A program made the position numbers and the translations under genes. Below the pieces are notes generated by a model. The model ran no database searches, had not been told where the DNA came from, and was given only the letters and a program-made list of their open reading frames with translations. Below, in pieces: positions 27,707-42,685 of a stretch of DNA of 64,000 nt (positions are counted from its first letter, which is position 1; each line of letters starts with the position of its first letter). The stretch is from positions 270,203 to 334,202 of the forward strand of contig NW_003314287.1 in NCBI RefSeq assembly GCF_000143415.4, given 5' to 3'. The stretch is from Selaginella moellendorffii. Taxonomy: Eukaryota; Plantae; Lycopodiophyta.

Positions 27707-29982
27707 CTGTCTGTGGGTGATAGGCTGTGCTGAATTTCAACTTGGTGCGATACTGTTCCAGGAGAGTCCTCCAGAACCTACTGGTGAAGATCTTATCTCG
27801 ATCTGAGATGATCTCTTCTGGTCTTCCCCGCACTCGAACCACTTGTTCGAAGAACAGCTTTGCCACACCTTCCGCATCCACCTCCGTTGTGGTGGGTATG
27901 AAATGTGCCATTTTCGAAAATCGGTCCACCACCACGAATATCGCATCAAACCCCTTGCTTGGGGGGAGTCCCGTGATGAAGTCTATCGTAAGACATTTCC
28001 ACGGGCGATCTGGAATTGGGATGCTTTGCAACAAGCCCCCACTAGCCTTAGTCACGGCTTTTACCTGCTGACATGTTGGATATGTCTTTACATAGTCTTG
28101 GACGTCCTTAGCCATATCTGGCCAATGGTACTTCCTTTTGAGTAAGCCCATCGTCTTGGGCACTCCACCGTGTCCCGCAAGAGGTCCATCATGACACTCT
28201 TCTAAGGCCACCTTCCTTAGTTCCCCTTCTGGAACATACACCCTCGTTTGCTTGTAATAAATGAGTCCGTTACGTTCCGCATAGCCCGTTTTCTCTTCCG
28301 TTGGCAGCTCACCTCTCTGGTGAGCTTCCCGCGCCTCTAGATTCCTCAGCAACACTTCCTATGCTAGACCATCATTCTCATATGCTGTCCGCACATCGTC
28401 CCAGAAGGTTGCTGTTGCGCTGGATATTGCCAACCTCAAGCTCGCTTTTCGACTTAGCGCATCCGCCACGATGTTGCTCTTCCCAGGCTTGTACAGAATT
28501 TCGCAATCAAACTCGGCCAAGGCATTGGCCCACCGACCTTGTTTCCCTCTTAGGTCGGGCTGTGACAAGAAGTGTTTCGTTGCCACATTGTCCGTGTAAA
28601 CCTTGAAGTGTCTCCCAAGGTAGTGTCGCCACTCCTTGAGCGCCTTGACCACCGCAAACAATTCCTTCTCGTGGGCAGGCCACTTCCGTTGAGCCTTGTC
28701 CAGCTTCTTCGAGAAGAACGCTACCGGATGGTTGTCTTGCTTCAAAACTGCGCCCAATGCAAAGTCCGAAGCATCCGTTTCTACCTCAAAGTCCTTACCA
28801 AAGTCTGGTAATGCCAATACGGGAGCTTTCCTCAACTTCCCTTTTAGGTGGACGAATGCCGCCTCGCATTCCGCTGACCACACCATCTTCCCTTTTCCTG
28901 TTTGGTCCGTTAAGGGCAGGGCTACTCTCGAATAGTGTCTGATAAACTTTCGATAGTAGTTGCATAGCCCCAGGAATGCCCTCAACTCGTGTACATTGGA
29001 TGGTCGCTCCCATTCCTAGATCGCTTGGACCTTCTCCGGGTCCACCTTGAGCCCGTCCTGGCCCACCACATGCCCGAGAAACTTTACCTCTTGTTGAGCA
29101 AAGTCACATTTGCTCTCTTTAGCATACAGCTTGTGTTCCCTTAGTTTCTCAAACACCTTCGCCAAGTGTTCGGCATGCTCCTCTAGCGTCTCGCTATAGA
29201 TCAGGATGTCATCGATATAGACGACCACGAAGTGATCCAGATAGGGTACAAAGATGTGGTTCATTAGCGCCGAAAACGTTGCCGGCGCATTACATAGCCC
29301 GAAGGGCATCACCAGAAACTCAAAGCTCCCAGACCTCGTTCGACAGGTTGTCTTCTCGACATCTTCCTCGGCTACCCTGATCTAGTAGTATCCTGACCTT
29401 AGGTCAATCCTCGAGAAGTATTTTGCCTTTCCCAACCTATCGAACAGGTCTTCAATCCTTGGCAAAGGGTACTTGTTCTTCTTTGTATACTTGTTGAGCA
29501 ACCGGTAGTCTATGCACATGCGCATAGATCCATTTTTCTTTTTCACAAATAACACCGGCGCCCCATACGGCGACTTGCTCAACCTAACATACCCTTTGCC
29601 CACCAACTCCTCTAGTTGGCACTTGAGCTCCTTGAGTTCTTTTTCGTTCAAACGATAAGGGGGACGAACCACTGCCTCAGCACCCTCGACCAGTTCAATC
29701 TTATGTTCTATCGGTCGTGCTGGGGGTAGCCCTGCCGGTAGCTCCTCCGGCATGGTATCCTGGAATTGGTCCAACACCCGCTGGATCACTAAAGGTACTT
29801 CTTCCATTCCTGTCTTTTTGTCACTCTTCACCGAGAGTAAGCACAAAAAGGCTGCCTTAGTTCCTTTAGTGAGTTGTCCTCTCGTGGACACCAGGTTTAA
29901 GCAGGAATCTTTGGCCTTGCCATCTCCCAGCAATTCGCCTCTATCCTTCGCTAGAATTGAGGAAGAGGCTCCGATACCAAAT

Positions 29983-30179
29983 TGTAAACACTCATGAGTT
30001 TGGACTTCCCGGGAGGTCACCCAGCCCAGTACTATTCAAACCCAAGGACGCTTAACCCCAAATATCCCAAGACCCTTAACCGATTGGAAAAAGGGGTGCA
30101 CTGTTATTCATGGGCCCTTTCCCTCTATATTTGAACCCCTATGGATCGTCTCTCAAGTCGTTCTCTTTGGTTGCTTACA
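29983..30179 (-). repeat. 5' LTR (197 bp) with 5S rRNA-derived domain at ~30002-30057
   Basis: Minus strand GTTAAGCGTCCTTGGGTTTGAATAGTACTGGGCTGGGTGACCTCCCGGGAAGTCC, followed by the PBS. Confidence 0.92.
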
Positions 30180-33053
30180 CATGCATCAAGGTAGGGACTC
30201 TTGATTGCATGATGTGAACATAAGCAATAAATTCATACTTCGTTACTAAATCATCTTTCAAAGAAAAAAAGATGATTTGACCAAACCTCAAACTTACATT
30301 CACATTGTTTTCAGTTCAATCTAAGAAAAGTTTATGAGAGAGCATAGGCAATGACTATTTGAACCAATAGACTAATCCCTATAGTCTTGATTGATCCACT
30401 TATAATTATTATTATGAATTTCCATTGCAATGGATTCCAAGCTTTCATTTTCTACATCTTTCAACTGTGTAAAAATATTTTTTGCAAAACCCTTTTCGTA
30501 TTGGAAATCAATTTTTGCAAACTATAGTCTTTACTCCACCAAACCCTACACCTATTTAGGACTTTCATACATGCTTAGAAAGGATCCACTAGTGCCATGT
30601 TAAATAGCTATGGACTAGTCTATTTGCCACTATTAGCAAACTTAGGGAAGGTTTACTAAATATGGAATGACGCTAGATTGTGAATTTAGGCATAGAACAA
30701 ACACTATTGTGTTCAGGACAATATTTACATTCTGTAGATATGCCAAATTATCAAATCTAAACACTTTCCAAATAGCAATTAAGAATTAATATAAGATGCA
30801 TAATAGCAAAGGGTTTGGCAAACATGGTAAACTATCATCTAGCAAATATTGATGAACCAAACTCAATATCACTGGGTTCCCAATATTAACAAGTTCAAGT
30901 CAACAATATAAATTTCTCATCACTATGTCAAATATGCTTGACTAAATAACAACTTAAGATTTCTTTCCTTAGTGCCCTTTCAGTTTAAGTGCACATTTGA
31001 TGACTAATTTCTCAACCTTAGGCAAAGACTGATAAAGGGTCTAACAATACCAACCTTCAGTCGTCGTGGCAGTAAGGAAAGAATATCTTAAAGAACTAGC
31101 TGATAGGTAATTTTCAATACACATAATCACATTTACAACATGAACAAATACAGTAGTGAAGCAAGAATGAATGATATAAATCATGAAGTGAAGATGAGCA
31201 TAATAAGTTTGAATAAAACATTCAGCCCTAATGTAGTGAAGTCAAATGAATGCAATGATAGAGTGAGGTTGGTGAAATGAGAATGAATGCAATGTGTCTG
31301 AATAGAACTAATGCTTCAAAACATTTTTTTTCCTTTAAGGAGGGGTAAAAAAGATATGAAAGACAAATTGAATGAGTCTGATTTTCTATATGCAATGTTA
31401 GACAAAGATAAAGAAGTAAATTCTACTTACAGTTATGAGTTTGAGTTAATAGTGATTTCGGAGAATTATCGGCAGGCAAACTTATAATACAAAGTATATC
31501 ATTTATTGCAATGGCATTTCATGGACTATAGTAATTCCCAAAATCCTTTACTTTGATTCAAAATTATAACTTGAAAGTTAGTTTAAACATTTGGCAGTTG
31601 TATATGAAGTGGTTTATTAAGATTTTGTAGTCAATTGATATATATGTCATGGCTTTGGGTTTTATTTTAATCACGGTTATCAATAGCTTTGTTAGTGGTT
31701 TTATAAGATCTTTAAATTTTTGTGGTAGTTTATAATTTCCTAACAAAAGCTTTAAATTTTCAATTGATTTATAGTTATTATTTCTTCATCCTCCAAAGGG
31801 GAGGATGGTGTAAAATTTGTAAATACATATATTACCTTAGCTAGGTAATACACTAATTATAGTACTATAATATATAAACCATCCATTTGGGATTAAATTT
31901 AATCTATCCATTATTGTATATAAGTAGAGGTCTAAACCTAAATTGATATACTTATTCCTATATCTTTATAAGTGGAAATATACCATTATATTGTTATATA
32001 TCTTCTTATAACATTCAATGAATTTATTAATTAATACAAACAATATAATCACCCTTAAAAAATTAAATTTATTACTTTTATAATATTTTTATTTTAGAAC
32101 TTTAAGAGTGGAAGAAATTTAAGACATTTTGAATGCATATTATTAAAATTAACCATTCATTTAATTATTGATGAATGTTTGCATTCTAAATTAAAGACAA
32201 TGTAACATATTTTACTGTAATATTTCCGATTGACTTCTTGAGGATAGAAACTTATTGTTCCTGAAAGACTTTTGGTCTTCTACTCTTCTGTGAGTTCCTC
32301 AATTTGATAAATATATTCGATATATATATTTAATAAATATATATATAAATAAATGTTATTGCTTATAAATGATGAACCACATCATAATTATTAAATTTAT
32401 TTTCTCTTAATAAATTTAACTAAATAGTTGCGAAGCAGAGCCTTCACCCGCTCCACCTCCTCCTCCTCCTCTCTCCTCCTCTTCTGATCCGCCATGAATT
32501 ATAAAAACTTATTCTTAAATTGAGATTTTTAAATGGTTTTCAACTGAAATTCTAAATGTTCACTTGTTGTAAATAAAAAATAGTGAAAATACTCTATGCA
32601 TCTTGTGGTGTTTTAGATTCTGGGAGACCAAGGCAACATACATCAGGCTGCTGTGAAACCTAAACCCTCAACAGCTAAGTTGACAGATAATATCCAACTT
32701 GTCCATTTCTTTTCTGGTCTTCTCCTGAACTTTACAAAGAAATACCTTTATTGGAGCCTTCCCATGCGGTTGTTTCCTTGCAGTAGATCCCTTCCCACAC
32801 AGCCAATGTGGATCTTCATCCCAGCAAAGAGCAAAGTGATCCAAGGTAAGAAAACCCGTCACTAGTAACTAGAGTATCTTTTACCCAAACGTCCCTGATA
32901 TCTAAGAGAATGGATGAAAGCGAATGGAAGAAATGGATCTTGGATACACAAGGAGATCTTGGTTAATAGAGACACGCAACAAACATAAATACTAAGACCA
33001 TTTGCATTTCTGCTTTGAGCGCTTTAAACAAAATGATAAGATTCTTTTACTTG

Positions 33054-35626
<2,573 letters not shown>

Positions 35627-35811
35627 AGCCAAACAGGGAGATTTAAACCCTTTTTAGTCAAACGAACGATCACGATAGAGCCAATCGAACGGTCAGTTTT
35701 AAAAAAGAATGACGGTTATGATCAAAGATAGTCGTCACAAAAATTAGGGTTTTTATTTTGAGGGTTTCTCTGCTCGCTGGCAATGCTGCTGGGATTCTAA
35801 TAGGCGATCCG

Positions 35812-37679
35812 ATGGAAGAGAAGCCGTCCGGCAGCGGCAGCGGCAGCGATGGCGGGATCGAGGAGCCGCTGCTCAAGGACAGTGAGGCGAAAGGAACTCA
35901 CGAGGATCACGAGGATGAGACGGGTAAGGCACCGATCGAAGAGCAGGGTTTCAGGGGCTACAACTATGGCGCCAGGCCATACAGGGACATCGCATTCGCG
36001 ATCGTGTTCATCCTCGCGGCTCTAGCTACGCTTGGATTCGGCATTTTCGCAATCGTCCACCACAATTCCGATTTCCAGTGGTCGGAGCCGGCTCACTATC
36101 TTCGCAACCAGAGCCGATGCACGGTCGCCCATTCCAATCCCTCCGCGAAGCTGGATTTCCTTCTAAGTCACCCGGGCAGGATCTCGTCGTGGAGAACGCT
36201 TGCGAGCGTTGTTCTTCCGGAGAGAGTGTCCAGCAGCCACGGCTTTGCGGTGGCACTCATCTCCTCCCTCGCCGTCACTCTCGTGCTGAGCGTTCCAATC
36301 GTTCTAGCTCTCGTCTGGCTGCTCCGCCACTACACCAAAGAGATTGTTTACGTGAGCCTCCCTCTCTTCATCCTCTTCCCCGTGGCTCTCAACATCCTTT
36401 GGTTCGTGGCTTGCGCCAAAGACAGCGAGTGCCAAGACAGCGTCAGTCTCCCCGTTCGCATCTTGTTCTTCGTCTTCATCTTCGCCTTCTGTGCGATCAT
36501 AGTCTGGATCATCTTCGCCAACTTTGCTCGCGTTGAGCTCACCGTGAGAGTCATCACCACAGCGTCCGAGGCTCTTTACAGGAATCTCTCGCTGTTGCTA
36601 GTGGTTCCCAGTTTGTCGCTGGTACTGCTTGTCTTCTACGTCCCTGCCGCGTTCTTCCTGGTCTTCTCTTACATGAATGGGAAGTATGTCCCCAATGCTG
36701 ATTTGAGAGATCGACCTGAGCTTCCCTGCGGCAGAGGCACGAGTCGGGAGTGCTGCGAGTGGAACGTTGAGAGCTGGGTTCCCGCTTACATGATTTTGGC
36801 TGCTTTGTTTGTTCTCTGGGCGACTTGTGTAGTTGCACAAGCTAAAGTTTACACCATTAGTGGTACCATCAGTCAATGGTACTTTGCAGAGGTTGATACG
36901 CACACGATTGGAGCTATGAGAAGATCGCTTGGGTAAGCTACGCTCTCTTTTCTTTTTTGTTAGAAGGAAAAGTTGATGGAACTTCTTTCTTTGTGCTTTC
37001 AGGCAAGCATTTAGTTCCTCGTTCGGGACTATATGCTTCTCGGGCTTGATCTTTGCGTTTGTGCGTCTCATTCGCAATGTGGTGGACACTGCCAAGGACA
37101 GCCAGGAAGGTGAGGGTCTGGCTATGTCTTTCCTGCGCTGTTGCTACGAGTGGCTACTCCAAGCCATTGAATTTGTCACCAAGTTCACGGTCGACTTCGC
37201 TGCGATCACTGGAGAAGGCTTTTGTTCGTCTGCTGCAAGAACCTACGAGCTTTTGAAACGCAATCTTCTGTCGACGGTGTTTGTGGAGGTGATTTCCACC
37301 AGGCTCCTCGGTGGCGTGATGGTTGTAGTCTCGATCATCTACGCAGTTGCAGTAAGTCTATCGAGGTTTTTCTCTGTTCGTAATTGTCTGAGTGTTTTAT
37401 CCACAGGTTTGGGGTATTCTACTTGGTACTACCAGTCTTGACAGCGGTATCTACATTGTCACTGTGCTATCCGGCGCTTTGCTACTGCTGATACTCTCCA
37501 TTTATATCGCGATCATGAACATCATCGTCGACACTGTTTACATCTGCTATGCAATGGACAAAGACCGAGGCGTGGTCTCCAAGCCAGAAGCTCATGACGT
37601 CTACGTTCTTCTTCCGGTATCGCAAGACGAGAGAGCCTCCTTGGCTGTTCCACAGAGCAAAGACGACTCCCCCGTCTGA
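35812..37679 (+). CDS. Choline transporter-like (CTL/SLC44) membrane protein; exons 35812-36932, 37003-37351, 37407-37679
   Basis: Multiple TM segments; RPYRDIAF, YTISGTISQWYF, SSFGTICFSGL, FAAITGEGFCSSAARTYELLKRN and IVDTVYICYAMDKD. Confidence 0.88.
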
Positions 37680-37800
37680 GCTAAATTGGACATGTACGTA
37701 TTGTGTATTATCTTGGCTTGTTCTCGCTAAAGGTTTTCAGGATTTCGCTATTGCTTTGGAGGAACGAACAAAAAGAAAAAAAAGAAAAACGTATCGGTAA

Positions 37801-38826
37801 CTAGTCCTCCTCGTTGTCTAGTCGTGCTATGTACTGATCATAAAACTTTGCTGCGTTTTCCAGGTCTCTCAGCTCCGTGTAGCAGTCCGCAATCGCTCCC
37901 AGAGCCTCAGTGTATCCACTGTGCTCGCCGGAGAGATGGGCGATGGTGAGCACCATGCTATGGTGCTTTATGGCCTCTCGAAACTTCCCTTGTCTCTGGC
38001 AAGAAGCTCCTGCAAGGTACACACGAAGTTTCTCTCAGTGATTCGCTGCAAGGTCGCAGGAAGAAAAATCAAAAGAGGTGGCGGAAGAGAAGTTTACCGA
38101 GGCCTCGAGCAGCTTTCTTCTGCTCGACGCGATCGTTGAGTTCCTTGGCGAGAGCCATCGCCTTTTGGAACTCGTCAAAGGCGGCCTGTGGATTCTTCTC
38201 GCGGAGGAACCTCTTGCCGCCTCTCAAGCGCTTGGTGAGCTCCTGCTTGGTGGGATCGAGCGCGGTGGCCTGTGGAAGATCTTGCGAGCGGCCCAGAGTA
38301 GCGGGGGCATACGTGAGACTCGGCGCATACGTCTCCACCTGGTACTGTCTCCTCATCTTTGCAAAGATTTGCCGCAGCTGGCCATTGATCTTCTCCACTT
38401 CGAGCTTGCGCTGCCTGGCCAGAGTCCCTGCAAGGAAAGTGGAAATCAAGCTGGTTTTCTTCTCGAGAGCTAAAGAGTTATTTTTTTTCTTTCTCTTTGG
38501 ATACCTCCCACTGCGGCACCAACGAGAGCCACTGCCTGGAGCACGCAGGCTATGGCGATGACAGTGTAGGCGTTGTTATCGCCAAAGCTCAAGCACAGGG
38601 AAGAGGGATCATCGGCAGCAGCCAGCGCGAGGCCGGGGTTTAAATTCGCGAGGGCGAATGCCGCGAATGTGAGTGGAATTCCAATTCGCAGCTCCTGCTT
38701 GGAGAGACATTGCTTCTTTTCTTTCGTTACCTTGCATTTTGTGGTGGCAATCCCCTCTTTGGCTCCTTTGTCCCAGCGAGGGATTGGAGAGATTGGACAC
38801 AGTGCCAGGGAAGAAGCCACACTCAT
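37801..38826 (-). CDS. FLU: FLUORESCENT IN BLUE LIGHT-like plastid TPR protein (3 exons)
   Basis: TM segment followed by GTLARQRKLEVEKINGQLRQI, ETYAPSLTYAP, EQKKAARGLGASCQRQGKFREAIKHHSMVL and TEALGAIADCYTEL. Confidence 0.9.
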
Positions 38827-40799
38827 GACGGATAAACCCTAAATCTCTGAAGAATGTTAAAAAAGGGTAAAGTTTTTCGTTTTTTTTTTAACTAGTTGAG
38901 TCATATTTTACTTTAGTAAGACCAAAAACTAAAACCTAAAGATATTTTATTTAGTAAGATAAATCTTGAAGAACCTTTATCAGGGATCAAACAATGATTC
39001 TTCAAATATGGAAAGCTATCTCACATAGTAACAGAACACGATATTTAAGAAATGGTACAGTTTGATAAATGTGAGCTTTCAAAGTATATTTCTTGAATAA
39101 ATCTTCCCCGTGCAATTCGACCCAACTGATCAAAGACATTTGTGGGGTCTTCTTTAGAGAAATCCCAACCTGGAGCACTGTCTATCCATTCAGTATGCCA
39201 AATCAAGCTCTACAAAAGCTTCATATCCCATCCTTCACAAAAGTATAGCACTTTGCTGCCCATTGCTCTTGGATGCCATTTATCATCAAGTATCCAACCT
39301 ATAGGCAGTGCTATCCCCTTCCAAATCCCCAGACTTGAATCATATATATAATCCATATGAAATTCTAACCAACAAATCCAATAGCTTTGGTTGTTTGGAT
39401 GTGGTTACAAAGTTAAAAGGTGGCCTTGAAATACCCTTTCGTTCAGTGAGAGGATTCAACACCTCATACTCTTCCCAAAGTTAACATGTGAATCCATGGT
39501 GTAGAAGTAGGTATAATACTGCTAAGTAAACCAAATTACATGGCTTATTGTTACCACTAAACGAAGACTCTACCTAAAAGGTTTCCAAGAGGTGCGAACT
39601 CAAGAAACAGAAAATTGGTTGGTCAAAACCTCAAAAACGAAGAGTAGGATTTTCTCTCCCTTCTAAAGTCAAAAGCTGGCCTTTGAGGACTTTTCTTGAT
39701 GCATTGGGCTCTTTTTTCTAGGATAGAATTTAAAGAATTTTACAAATTCAAAACCATTCTTTCAAGTGTTTTGCCACTCTAAAAAAGGCTTAAACCCTAA
39801 ATGTCTTGCTGCATGATAGGAACTTCCTACGAGTTAGAGGAAAGAGGAAGATCAGAAGAGCTGTGTTACTGCCTTACTAACATATGTAACACCCAGCCGA
39901 AGCCTGTTCGCCTCTTCATGCCAACGATAGCGACAGATGTGGAAAAGTGAGGCAGCAATGATCAATTGGGAGGAATGGCACACTGAAGACATTGCCACCA
40001 CGCCTCAACATGTAAGCCTTCGTTTCCCCCAAGTAAAAATCTGAAGTAATTTTTCTCCTCGTGAGAGAGGGGAACTAAAGAACTCAGAAGAAAGATCACC
40101 TAATGAAAGAAAAGAAATAAGAGCAAACATAGAAAACTTGCAATTAGCCATCCTTTGGAAGGTACCTTCTTTTGCCTTTATCATATCTGTGCTTGTCTTC
40201 GATTATTGTGTTTGAGGCTTGTATGCATGTCTAGATCCCTGTGCTGTTGAGGTATAATGTTTGATGTTTGAGGTGGTGTCCCCATGACTGCACATAGATC
40301 ACAAGAAAACACTAGTGTTTGGCGAGCTAAGAGAAAAATACTTCAGATTTTAACCTGATGATCAATCAAGGGTAAGATTAAAAGTTGTTATTTCTTATAT
40401 TTAGAATAGTGGATTTTTGAATGAAGCAAGACAAGACAGATATAAAGAAAGATATCTTGCAAAGGATGGAGCAGAATCTACTTCCTCAGTAACACTGATC
40501 TTTCTCTTTCGAAGTACAAATACTAGACTTAATTTTCTACTCTTCAAGCCTTTTTTTTAGGGCAACGATTTTTGGCAAAACGCTTGAAAGAATGTAGAAT
40601 TCTTTACATTCTATCCAGCCAGAGCTAGAAAAAAGAGCCCAATGCAAGCAGCCCGAGTCATATAAGGAAAGCACCGAGTAATGTATGGGCACAAATCTGG
40701 CTGTTCGTTTTTGAGCTTTTGAAGCACAGATTCTCAGAATATTTCCACGTTTAGTAGTAAATTTTCTGGTTTAGGTTAAGTTTCTCAGGCTACCTACTT

Positions 40800-41700
40800 C
40801 TACAAAAGAGTGGACTGCCATGGATTTACTGTCCAATTGTCTCTATGGTTGTGGCAAGAGCTATTTGCTAGGTATGTATACTTTCAATTCTTTCTTCATG
40901 TTGACAAAATTATCTTTTGGATTGATAAGGTTATTCATGTGTTGTTGTAAGTGCTCATGGAGTGACCACCCAGGAGTTCTCCACAGCAGTGACGAAAGCA
41001 GTGGATACAATCTGTGCTAAAAGCTTATGAGGCATCAGCGTTTCAAGGTAATGAAGAACCTGAAGAAACAGAAAAATAGTGGGTAAAAAACTCAAAAACA
41101 AACAGTAAGGGTAGTTATTGTGAAGTCAAAAGTTGGCCTTTGCTCCAAGGCATCTCCATGCAGTTTTCTCAATATCTCTTTGATACGAAGAACACCGAGA
41201 GTAATATGTTGACAAGAAACTTACTAAGAAAGTGAACATAAAGCTTTCAAGAACTAGGTAATGTATGGAGAAACTGCATAGCGAACTCCTGCAGTTTCAA
41301 TCTCGAAGAATGCCACCTTACAAAGTCTTCTAGCACAGATACAATCTGAAAGTAAAAGAGAATATTACTTTGTAAACGAGTGTAAGATCTACCTTGGAAT
41401 TTTAAATGTCTTTCAAGATTAGATCCCAAACAGTTGTCGGAGATATCTTGCAAGATTTGGTTCTTTTTTTCTAGCTCTGGCTGGATAGAAGAGGTAATTA
41501 GTTTTTCTCCACAGAAATGAGCTTGGCTCCAGCATCGTGGTTTTCAAACGAAGACAAAGAAAAAAGAATTTCTAGTTGACAAACAGACATACCAGCAAAG
41601 CATTCTGCCACTCACAAGCCACTCGACAAATCTACATGCACACAGCGAAATCATCAGAAGTTCTACAAAAGTTTTCGATCTAACCTCAGCTCGTTTCAAA
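40800..41700 (-). pseudogene. Shredded partial duplicate of the neighbouring Rab3GAP gene
   Basis: 40975-41150 matches 44088-44285; 41305-41340 matches ~44420 (VLEDFVRWHS); 41385-41520 matches 45425-45560; 41600-41660 matches 46815-46895. Collinear, with large deletions. Confidence 0.85.
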
Positions 41701-42685
41701 TAATATGACATATTTCGTGCCCTACGTGGCAGACTGTCGTTTCGCTCGCGCGAGGAACTCGAGAGGATCGGCCGCAGCCGCGGGTTGAGAAAGATCCGTT
41801 GGCCGGTACTGTCTAAGTATCGTAACGCCCAGCCAACCTCTTGGAGCGAGCCCAGCAGAGCTCATATAGGAATTGCCAGGAAGTGGGAAAGCTTGCGCTG
41901 GGCGATGGTTCTGGTTTCCTTACATTTACCAAGGGTGGTAGTGTTGATACAACTTCTTCTGCATAGATTGCTTGCGGCCAGTGTGCCATTCCTGCTGGTG
42001 ACAAAATCACAAACAAAATCAAGAATGCTTTGAGTATGAAGGAAATTTGTTTTAAAAAAATCAGATTATTATAGGATTACTAAAGTAAGTCTAAGTTTTA
42101 AAATACATTCTAGGATATTCCTTCATTTAATTTCTCTAATTTATTTTTTGGTTTTGCTTAAGCAAATCTGTATGGTAGTGAATATACCTGAAATATGCTT
42201 AGATACTCTAGGATATTCTACAATCTAACGGTTATTAATCATTTAGATTAATTTTATATTTATAATTTATAAATATGTTTATAATTTATAAACTTTCCTA
42301 AACACTTCTTAGCATATTCTAGTTTATTCTACCATAATCTTATGTTTATAAATTATAAACTTTCATTTGATCAATTAAATTAATAAATACTACTAAGCAA
42401 ACCAAGCGTATTATTAATTTCATTAAAAATCATTAGTTTAATTTTGACCAATATTGAATTATTGACCCTTGACTGTAGCTCTAACGGTGCCGCAAAATCA
42501 AAGGAAGATTCAAGCTTTGAAAGTGAACCGAAACTTCCCTCTTCTTGTCTCAGGTCAGGTTTGAAACACTATAAAAACCTCATGCTTTGATATGATCAAT
42601 AAACCCAAGGGAATTTGTAGCAAGCTCCACTCCTAGTTTTCTGCAGTCACTTGTAAGTTTTCTGCTAGGCTTCTCCTGCTCTGAA

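Larger units (their letters stand above)
26809..29880 (-). pseudogene. Ty3/gypsy chromovirus pol: RT, RNase H, integrase (two introns), chromodomain; three in-frame TAG stops; gag/protease deleted
   Basis: RT: [48 protein letters not shown]. RNase H: ETDASDFALGAVL, YTDN. Integrase: H-x6-H...C, DFITGLP, ISDRD, YHPQT|DGQTERVN, R|FAGPY. Chromodomain: YEVEAIL...VKWKGF...ATWEPEENL. Confidence 0.95.
24842..30179 (-). mobile_element. Chimeric LTR retroelement: Cassandra-like 5S-containing LTRs enclosing a gag-less chromovirus pol, a long internal LTR and a TRIM-like internal segment
   Basis: Two 197-bp TGTAA...TTACA repeats (24842-25038, 29983-30179; ~5 differences) with perfect TSD CATGC. PBS TGGTATCGGAGC at 29968-29982 and again at 25230-25244. 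PPT-like AGGGAAGCGTGGTGGAT adjoins 25038. Confidence 0.92.
21590..32010 (+). mobile_element. Ancient, highly degenerate Ty1/copia-like LTR element hosting the younger insertion at 24842-30179
   Basis: Diverged direct repeats at ~21590-21780 and ~31810-32000 (TTTGTAAATACATAT...TTACCT..CTAGGTAATA.ACTAATTATAGTACTATAA). Purine tract AAAGGGGAGGATGG precedes the right copy. Ghost integrase-like (~23700, NG..E..NRTIEK) and RT/RNaseH-like (~30320-31020) fragments occur in copia order. No ORFs remain. Confidence 0.5.

Noticed and set aside
41700-42030. GC-richer island with short ORFs
   Set aside because: No identifiable homology; possibly an exon remnant.
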